DNA from: Escherichia phage vB_EcoS_MM-2
DNA length: 64,000 nucleotides
Direction: 5' to 3' (one strand)
Sequence record: PV577658
A program made the position numbers and the translations under genes. The notes below the pieces were generated by a model. The model was not told where the DNA came from. It worked only from the letters and a program-made list of their open reading frames with translations, and ran no database searches. This document shows positions 57,934 to 64,000 of this stretch, piece after piece (positions within the stretch are counted from its first letter, which is position 1; each line of letters starts with the position of its first letter).

Positions 57934-58185
57934 TTACAATACAGCTTCCCATTTTTCGTTGCGTTGAACAACCTTTACAACATCGCCGGATTTAACGCGA
58001 ACGCTAAAAACGGGCTTGCCGTTGTTACTACGTTCATTTTCAGCGTATACCGCGTCGATTGTATCGAACGGCATAAGCGCCGCACCTTTAATACGTTCGG
58101 CCTTTCCGGTTAATTCATCCGTTTTAGTAACGAAAGGAATGAAGACGAATTGACCAACTTTCGGCGCGGTAATAACGTTTTGCAT
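57934..58185 (-). CDS. hypothetical pre-early protein
   Basis: 83 aa; first gene of the minus-strand block. Confidence 0.4.
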   Translation of the reverse strand: MQNVITAPKVGQFVFIPFVTKTDELTGKAERIKGAALMPFDTIDAVYAENERSNNGKPVFSVRVKSGDVVKVVQRNEKWEAVL

Positions 58186-58415
58186 AATATAAACTCCTAG
58201 TTATTTGGGGATTGTTCCGCATTACCTGCTAGAAAGTAACAGCAGGTAATAAGTAACAATCCGCTCGCCAATATAATCAATTTTAAAGAACTCCACGTAG
58301 GCCGCTATATCCCGTTAGGGGGCGGGATGCATTATGGTAAGCACCGACCGTCAAATTTTATCAAGTTATCGCTCTTATCGAACTGGGTACATCTTAAAAC
58401 CTATCGGCTAGGTTG

Positions 58416-58619
58416 TCAAACAATTTTTTGCAATTTTTTATGATTTTCTTTTAGGTCAATCATAATATTTCGCCAGATCATTTCCAGACCTTGCTGGCGA
58501 CCTTTCTTGTACTGCGTGAATCTATATCTTACTGATCTTTGAGCTACTGTCAACAAATTTTTTGTTTTGCTATCTAGTGCCTTAATAGGCTTGCCAGTGA
58601 TCAAAAGCGTTTGTTTCAT
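58416..58619 (-). CDS. hypothetical small basic protein
   Basis: 67 aa, Lys/Arg-rich; weak RBS. Confidence 0.3.
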   Translation of the reverse strand: MKQTLLITGKPIKALDSKTKNLLTVAQRSVRYRFTQYKKGRQQGLEMIWRNIMIDLKENHKKLQKIV

Positions 58620-59066
58620 ATCGTCGATTCCTTATAATGAATAAGTTTACCGCCGATAGGCTTTAAGATGTACCCAATTTTTAAAGAGCGTGGCGGTAAA
58701 CTTCCCGCCGTGTAGTTCGTCATTGCCGCCCTACGAGATAAATAATAGGGGATTCCCGAAAATGGCGCAACCTTATTTTTGTAAAGAAATGTAAAGGTAA
58801 AACTCACCGGACACCGTGCGGCGACGGCCTAAAATTAAAAGAAACGGGCGCGCGAATACCACAAAATAAAGCAAATAGGCAAGTAATTTTTTCATTTATA
58901 TTTGCTTTGCCCTACTTGACAAAATCTAAAAAGCTCGTGGTAACGATAAACGGCTTATCCCCTTATGATGGGATGGCTAAAAACTTTATTGCGTTCTGGA
59001 GCGTTTTAGGCGCATTCTAGCCTTGTTGATAACTTATCCCCAAAAGCAAAAATGAAATTTTCCTAG

Positions 59067-59099
59067 TTATCCACTTGACTTTTATTTTCCAGTGGATAA
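59067..59099. promoter_or_regulatory. inverted pair of DnaA-box-like 9-mers around a TTGACT hexamer
   Basis: agTTATCCACTtgacttttattttccAGTGGATAAct; 11-bp perfect inverted repeat, each arm one mismatch from TTATCCACA. Confidence 0.5.
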
Positions 59100-59273
59100 C
59101 TACTTATTTTATGAAATAAATTAATTGACTTTTATTTGTTAGTATGCATCGGAAAGATAGCAGACTAATAATTGCTAGAATGATAATCATGCTGGTGGAT
59201 TGTAACGACCTGAATTATTAGCAGACTATTAATCACGGAAAAATCTCATTAGCCAACTAACTATTTCATGATA

Positions 59274-59300
59274 TATAATATACATATAAATTAATGAGAA
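59274..59300 (+). promoter_or_regulatory. promoter-like element of the early family
   Basis: tataat followed by atacatataaattaatgagaaa box; no convincing -35; no gene for ~430 bp downstream. Confidence 0.35.
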
Positions 59301-59351
59301 ATAATAACTATAAGAAATCATCTAGCTAAGTGAGAACCACTATCATTTAAG

Positions 59352-59372
59352 TTATACACAAAGTTATCCACA
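59352..59372 (+). promoter_or_regulatory. two adjacent DnaA-box-like sites
   Basis: gTTATACACAaagTTATCCACAgc: one perfect consensus 9-mer and one with a single mismatch. Confidence 0.5.
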
Positions 59373-59443
59373 GCACTTTTTGACTTGACACGATAGGCGG
59401 CGATATAAGGACTTTTACACAGACTTATCTACAGGTTATTCCA

Positions 59444-59459
59444 CTGTATAAATATACAG
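59444..59459. promoter_or_regulatory. LexA (SOS) box-like palindrome
   Basis: CTGTATAAATATACAG fits CTGT-N8-ACAG with AT-rich spacer. Confidence 0.45.
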
Positions 59460-59726
59460 GGTAAAAAGGTAGTGTTAACAACTGCAATCAATTTTAAGCG
59501 GCTTAAATCGCATTCTAACGAGCTAAACGCTGCGGGGTAATATTAAAGTAAAGCCTTAATGCGTCGCCCTGGTGGCTTCGCCGTGGTTTGCTCTTTATTG
59601 CACCGCTGCGCGGTTAGCATAAAAATAGGCGCTAGGCAAGGAAAATAAAAAGGTAAAATAATATTTGCCTATGCTAGAAATTTACCTTTATCATTCACTC
59701 ACCGATTAACGAGGGAGGCCGAACAA

Positions 59727-60506
59727 ATGAGGCTTTATAAACCTGATAATGCCACCGTTTTAAAAGGTGCATTGCGCAACCTGCTGGATGGTAGCAAGTC
59801 AACCAGCATTAAACATTTTATTAACAAGATTGAAACTATTCATCAAAACTTTTTTGATGATTATGACGCTTATGATATGGATAGTTTTCTACCCTTATAT
59901 AGACAAGGGGCAACGCTAGTTTTATATAATCGGGATTGCCATATCTTTACAGGCAGGGGAGCGGGGCCGGATACCGATTTTATTGTTGCGCAGGGTAATA
60001 ATATTGTTGCGTATCATAGCAATTCAGGCCGTCAATCATTTAATATAAATAGTTTTGAGCTTATTGGACTTGATCTGATAAATGGACTTTCTAGCATTGA
60101 GGGATTTTTAGATGTTATCTGGAAGTATTTACCCGCTGGATGGCATAAGCCGGATAACGACGGATCTCAATATACCGGTATAATGGCTTTTGATGGCGAC
60201 GGTAATTTTTTGTTACCACGGGAGCTATACCCATATATTTATGATGGGGATATAGAAAGCGCTGGTTTTTCTTTCTGGAAAGATGAAGATCAGATTATTG
60301 ACAGCGTAGAAAACCATGCTGTAAATTCTAACACTCAAAGCGTTAACACTCAAACTACTGAAAACAAAGGAAAAAACACTATGACCAAGATTGCTAACAT
60401 CGTTGCCGCTAATAAATCCGCCGTTGTAAATGCTGCAAAACTGGAAGCGGGTAAAATTGCACTGACTCAAATCACGAAAGTAGCGGCTAAAAAGCACCGT
60501 TCATGA
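59727..60506 (+). CDS. hypothetical protein, 259 aa
   Basis: Track ORF with RBS GAGGGAGG; no recognisable motif. Confidence 0.45.
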   Translation: MRLYKPDNATVLKGALRNLLDGSKSTSIKHFINKIETIHQNFFDDYDAYDMDSFLPLYRQGATLVLYNRDCHIFTGRGAGPDTDFIVAQGNNIVAYHSNSGRQSFNINSFELIGLDLINGLSSIEGFLDVIWKYLPAGWHKPDNDGSQYTGIMAFDGDGNFLLPRELYPYIYDGDIESAGFSFWKDEDQIIDSVENHAVNSNTQSVNTQTTENKGKNTMTKIANIVAANKSAVVNAAKLEAGKIALTQITKVAAKKHRS

Positions 60507-60736
60507 TTAAAGGCTATATTGATACGCCGATTGGTCGAGTAGTGATTGCTAACCTGCTAAGTGTAGCGGTTGACCAGTACGCACCGACTAACCAGAAAGC
60601 GAAAGCGGTAGCAGGGGCGGCTATGGAAGCGGCAATGCTGGAAATGGTGCAAAGTTTTAACATCGCTGAAATGATTGATGAAATGGTGAAAGGTATTGAT
60701 ATTTCTACTTTTACCACTAGCACCGAAATCGAGTAA
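60503..60736 (+). CDS. hypothetical protein
   Basis: Track ORF, ATGA overlap with upstream gene. Confidence 0.4.
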   Translation: MIKGYIDTPIGRVVIANLLSVAVDQYAPTNQKAKAVAGAAMEAAMLEMVQSFNIAEMIDEMVKGIDISTFTTSTEIE

Positions 60737-60801
60737 TAATATTTAGTGGGGATTATTTCCCCACTTTACTACTCCCTTGTTAATTAATAGGAGGCTAACT
60801 A

Positions 60802-61296
60802 ATGGCTGAGGAAAAATACGGCTTCTCGCTAGGAGAAGTGAGCACGGCTAAACATGATATGATCATTTTAGTCGATTGTCATACTGGCTATTGCGGAGAA
60901 GGGAACACCGAAGAATACTTTGTTCCTGCTGGTACGGATCTGGACGCTTTCGCTCATGAAATGGCTATTGATAATGCTTCTCGTTTTGGTAGCGATGGCT
61001 ATGAAGACGAAGAAACTGGCGAATGGTATGAAAATGAAAACGTATATGCAAGCCTTTATCATTATCAGCTAAGTAAATCCGGCACATATGTAAACGGCGG
61101 CGATCCTATTAATTCCGTCATGAAATTAATTATTAAATATGGTGGCGTCGAGATAATTGATAACAAAGCGGTAATATACGCAAACCGATTAAAACAGCTT
61201 GTTTATATTCCTGATAGTACCCGATGGGATGAATACGCTGTTTTGCATGACGAATTGAAACGATGTTTCAATATTGAATCCCTGCAAGTAGTCTAA
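60802..61296 (+). CDS. hypothetical acidic protein
   Basis: Track ORF with RBS AGGAGG. Confidence 0.45.
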   Translation: MAEEKYGFSLGEVSTAKHDMIILVDCHTGYCGEGNTEEYFVPAGTDLDAFAHEMAIDNASRFGSDGYEDEETGEWYENENVYASLYHYQLSKSGTYVNGGDPINSVMKLIIKYGGVEIIDNKAVIYANRLKQLVYIPDSTRWDEYAVLHDELKRCFNIESLQVV

Positions 61297-61323
61297 TGTA
61301 AAGTTTTGTAAAGGTCGCCTTTT

Positions 61324-61632
61324 ATGGTGGCCTTTTTTGTTATAATGCTTTTACACCAAAACGGTGGATTGAAAATTTTCCCAAAAATTTGGAGGCTTAA
61401 AATGGTTGCTTATTCTTCTGCTAGTCATCTGTTTACCGCGCAAGGCTGGGTATCTAATCGTGCTGTCATCTATGAAATGGTGCAGGAGTTCGGCATTGCT
61501 AAAACTTATAATACCATTCAGGAACTATATAACGCCGATAAAATCGATCAGCAAACGGCTGGCTTTTTACTGGATACCCTGAAAGCTGAACATTGCACTA
61601 AAAAACAAGCCGCTAAAATTGTTTTAATGTAA
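61324..61632 (+). CDS. hypothetical protein (likely start at Met ~61402)
   Basis: GGAGG RBS precedes the internal Met; followed by hairpin cggggcg..cgccccg. Confidence 0.4.
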   Translation: MVAFFVIMLLHQNGGLKIFPKIWRLKMVAYSSASHLFTAQGWVSNRAVIYEMVQEFGIAKTYNTIQELYNADKIDQQTAGFLLDTLKAEHCTKKQAAKIVLM

Positions 61633-61681
61633 TTAATAACGGGGCGTTACTTTCGCCCCGATAACTAGGAGGCTATCACAA

Positions 61682-61832
61682 ATGGTTATTTTTCGATCTA
61701 TTTTAGCGGGTATCTTGGGCGCTATTTTATCGTTATTTGCGATAGCTTTCGGCGTTCACGCTGTTATTATTGGCGCTGGCATTGCTGCGTTTTCTTATCT
61801 GCTGGGCTGCATGACTAGTAAAGGAGAATAAA
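61682..61832 (+). CDS. small membrane peptide (~50 aa)
   Basis: Hand-translated: MVIFRSILAGILGAILSLFAIAFGVHAVIIGAGIAAFSYLLGCMTSKGE; AGGAGG RBS. Confidence 0.35.
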
Positions 61833-61833
61833 A

Positions 61834-62046
61834 ATGATCCGCAACGTTTCCCTTGCACGTTCGAAAGGCTTTAAGCTGGTGGATGTTAACACGTTCGAGT
61901 GGGAAGATTGTAAAATCGAATATGTAGCACGTAACAAAAATGCCTTTCGTGTTACCGAGAAAAAATTTGATAAGCGCGGCAACGTGATAGCTGAAACAGT
62001 TAAACATTTTGCCACCTTTTACGCTGCTTTCCGTGGGGTATTATGA
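61834..62046 (+). CDS. hypothetical protein
   Basis: Track ORF. Confidence 0.4.
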   Translation: MIRNVSLARSKGFKLVDVNTFEWEDCKIEYVARNKNAFRVTEKKFDKRGNVIAETVKHFATFYAAFRGVL

Positions 62047-62146
62047 TTCAGCAAATTAAAACGGCTTTTCGTTTTTGGGGCGTCCTGCCTTCAATTGGTT
62101 TTATTCTGATAATTATTAGTCAGCTAATGATCATCGGCGGAACTAT

Positions 62147-62506
62147 TTGGGAGCTATGCAAATGATAATTTATGAAGGCAATCGCTTTGTTGCTAATTGC
62201 CGTCCGGCATTATTAGCAAACTATTTAAACCAGCTTTCCCCAGCTTATAAGGGCGTTATTAATATTTATGAGGGAAAGGCGCATTATAAAATTAATGCGG
62301 TCGTTGCCCGTGAACTAGCATTTCAATTTTTGACCTTTGCATCTTGTGACGTTCAGGTTATGGGTGAGGCATTAATCGCGGAAAATGAAGAGGATTTTAT
62401 TAATATTTTCCGTAAGGTATGCACTGAGCGCTTGATAATGAAAGGCGCGTATATTCAATCAACTGCGGAAAGTATTGAAACAGCATTTCGAAAGGTGGCG
62501 CAATGA
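62147..62506 (+). CDS. hypothetical protein
   Basis: Track ORF. Confidence 0.4.
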   Translation: MGAMQMIIYEGNRFVANCRPALLANYLNQLSPAYKGVINIYEGKAHYKINAVVARELAFQFLTFASCDVQVMGEALIAENEEDFINIFRKVCTERLIMKGAYIQSTAESIETAFRKVAQ

Positions 62507-62606
62507 GATTATATATTTTCGTTGGTAATGTTAAGGCAGCTAATGATTCCGCTGGTGGCGACAACGTTCGCCACCATTGGCAAAAATATATTTACTAGGA
62601 GTTATT

Positions 62607-62711
62607 ATGTCTGGTTTAATGTTTACCTTATTAGTAGTTTATAGCATAATTACGGCAGGAATAGTAACTTATGTTACTAGTAAAATTTGGCCGGGAATAT
62701 ATGGTAATTTT
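62607..62711 (+). CDS. small membrane peptide (~34 aa)
   Basis: Hand-translated: MSGLMFTLLVVYSIITAGIVTYVTSKIWPGIYGNF; RBS AGGAG. Confidence 0.3.
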
Positions 62712-62729
62712 TAATAACGGAGCGTTATT

Positions 62730-62933
62730 ATGAGCAATAAAATTATTGTAACCAAAATCAGTACAATGGTTGATGTTTTTTACGTGCCAGATACGCCGGA
62801 GAATCGGCAAGCGGTCGAGCGGGGCGAATATGATAAAGTGATTTATGATCACGATGGTTATTATCAGTATTTGGTGGATTCCTACGGGGAGGAGGAGAAG
62901 ATCACGCATCGACTACCGGAGGAGGGTTTATGA
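62730..62933 (+). CDS. hypothetical acidic protein
   Basis: Track ORF with RBS ACGGAG. Confidence 0.4.
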   Translation: MSNKIIVTKISTMVDVFYVPDTPENRQAVERGEYDKVIYDHDGYYQYLVDSYGEEEKITHRLPEEGL

Positions 62934-63083
62934 AACGATGGTTTAATCACTGGTACAAGCGGTTTTTAGTACGCCGTCGCAAGTCTAGGCATCAAGATGA
63001 GTGGCGGGAGTGGGCAAAGCGTAACGGTTGCCCGCTACTATAATAATCACGGGGCGCAACTATCGGGAAGTGCCCCCAATTCT

Positions 63084-63106
63084 CAAATGAGAATCATTCT
63101 CATTTG
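63084..63106. repeat. perfect 11-bp-arm palindrome caaatgagaat-c-attctcatttg
   Basis: Core aatgagaatcattctcatt recurs at ~63474 (imperfect) and ~63581 (perfect). Confidence 0.7.
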
Positions 63107-63299
63107 ACCGCGCCCGCGATGGTTAGCCTGCTAATGATTAGGGTGTTACGTGTCGCCTTGTGTGATCGTTAGCGAGCTAACTAATTTTCAAGCCTCCTCC
63201 AATTTTGCCCTTGTTTTAGTATCTCCACCAAAATTAAACGCGTTAGAATGCGATCTAGGACGTTTTAACGCTATATTAGAATTATTCACTGCGTAGGAA

Positions 63300-63319
63300 T
63301 ACTGTATATTTATACAGTA
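63300..63319. promoter_or_regulatory. LexA (SOS) box-like palindrome, 19/20 match to consensus
   Basis: TACTGTATATTTATACAGTA versus TACTGTATATATATACAGTA. Confidence 0.5.
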
Positions 63320-63399
63320 GGATAAGCTGTGATAAGTCTGTTAATAACACCCCAAAATGGCTAGGATTCTGTCAAGTCAAATCGTGCTGTTAATAAGTC

Positions 63400-63408
63400 T
63401 GTGGATAA
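63400..63408 (-). promoter_or_regulatory. DnaA-box-like site (perfect 9-mer on minus strand)
   Basis: tgtggataa is the reverse complement of TTATCCACA; flanked by repeated gataagtctgt. Confidence 0.45.
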
Positions 63409-63426
63409 CTTAAATAATAGTGTTTC

Positions 63427-63600
63427 TCACTTCCGTTCTTAAATACGAATCACTATCATTTGCGTTCCACTTTCTAAATGAGAATCATTCTGCTTTTTAA
63501 AGGAGAATCGTTTCACTTCCTGAATAATTCTCACTTCCATTCTTAAATGCGAATTATTATCATTCTCATTCCGCTTTTTAAATGAGAATCATTCTCATTA
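63427..63600. repeat. two ~70-100 bp imperfect direct repeats carrying the aatgagaatcattctcatt palindrome
   Basis: ctcacttccgttcttaaatacgaatcactatcatt... and ctcacttccattcttaaatgcgaattattatcatt..., each ending in the palindrome core. Confidence 0.65.
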
Positions 63601-63639
63601 TCATTCGCATTCAGGCGAGCAGGGCAATTGCCCTGCGCT

Positions 63640-63760
63640 TTTGTGCAAATCCGACATTGCTCCACGGGTGTTACGTGCGGGCGTGTATGTGCGAATCCCT
63701 GTGGGGTATGTGCAAATCCGACACGGTTTTTCTAGGATTAAGATGTGCGAATCCGACAAG
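63640..63760. repeat. four iteron-like copies of ATGTGC(A/G)AATCC(GACA)
   Basis: tgtgcaaatccgaca, tgtgcgaatccctgt, tgtgcaaatccgaca, tgtgcgaatccgaca at ~20-35 bp spacing. Confidence 0.65.
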
Positions 63761-63770
63761 ATTTTTGTGA

Positions 63771-63960
63771 CTTCGATTGGAGGGTGTGTGATTGTGTGAG
63801 TTTGGGGAGAAGTTGAGAGAGCGAGAAAAATTTGAGGGAACTGCGGGAGGGGCGCATGTTTGGTGCGGAGCACCTGATTTGCGGGGATTTTGGGGAAGAG
63901 TTGAGAAGATTTGGGTTAATTTGAGATTAGTGCAGAAAAAGTAAAATTTTATTAGCTAAA
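63771..63960 (+). other. polypurine, C-depleted tract with repeated (t)ttgag(a/g) motifs
   Basis: Almost no C on the plus strand; gttgagagag, tttgaggg, gttgagaag, tttgagattag; no credible ORF. Confidence 0.5.
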
Positions 63961-64000
63961 TGGAGCAAAATAGCTTGACAAGTGAAAATTCTTGTGGCTC

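Noticed and set aside
58616-58807. 63-aa minus-strand ORF upstream of the 58416..58619 gene
   Set aside because: No RBS, odd composition, and lies in the repeat-rich non-coding stretch.
63582-63873. Track ORFs 63582..63770 (+) and 63601..63873 (-) in the terminal repeat region
   Set aside because: Overlap iteron, palindrome and polypurine repeats, have no RBS, and give low-complexity translations; more likely non-coding.
1-64000. CRISPR arrays, integrase/repressor lysogeny module, holin-endolysin cassette, rRNA genes
   Set aside because: No regularly spaced direct repeats with unique spacers, no tyrosine or serine recombinase motifs, no recognisable lysozyme or amidase motifs in this window; the terminal repeats are irregular and palindromic rather than CRISPR-like.

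Overview
This window reads as a contiguous ~64 kb stretch of a T5-like siphophage genome (Demerecviridae / Tequintavirus-like). The call rests on gene order and protein sizes: an 855-aa family-A DNA polymerase, a 291-aa flap endonuclease whose N-terminus I recognise as the T5 D15 exonuclease, an NAD-dependent ligase split into two ORFs, a 1226-aa tape-measure protein, a 458-aa capsid protein with a scaffold-like N-terminus, and a receptor-binding protein divergent from an Llp-type lipoprotein. Layout: (i) 1-26.9 kb, plus strand, early and replication genes (Sir2-like protein, HAD phosphatase, putative origin-binding helicase, ligase A/B, DnaB-like helicase, primase, polymerase, SF2 helicase, SbcCD-like nuclease, flap endonuclease, dUTPase), interrupted by three free-standing HNH endonucleases; (ii) 26.9-52.3 kb, minus strand, late structural genes from L-shaped tail fibre through tail, head and terminase to the receptor-binding protein, with a fourth HNH gene between portal and terminase; (iii) 52.4-53.7 kb, lipoprotein gene plus a translationally coupled array of tiny membrane-protein genes; (iv) 53.8-64.0 kb, a GC-richer block that looks like the pre-early / terminal-repeat region (dmp-, A1- and A2-like genes on the minus strand, a ~1 kb non-coding stretch with DnaA-box-like and LexA-box-like sites, small plus-strand genes of unknown function, then palindromes, direct repeats, iteron-like repeats and a polypurine tract). 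No tRNA, rRNA, CRISPR array, integrase or lysis cassette was recognised. The most unusual candidates are the Sir2-like/HAD/duplicated-gene cluster at 0.6-2.9 kb, the ~0.5 kb promoter-fed non-coding region at 3.5-4.1 kb, the small membrane-peptide array, and the repeat- and operator-rich terminal region. CDS coordinates follow the supplied ORF track; track starts are the longest-ORF starts and true starts are often downstream. Coordinates of short motifs were counted by hand and may be off by 1-2 bp. All homology statements are from motif recognition by eye, with no database search run.
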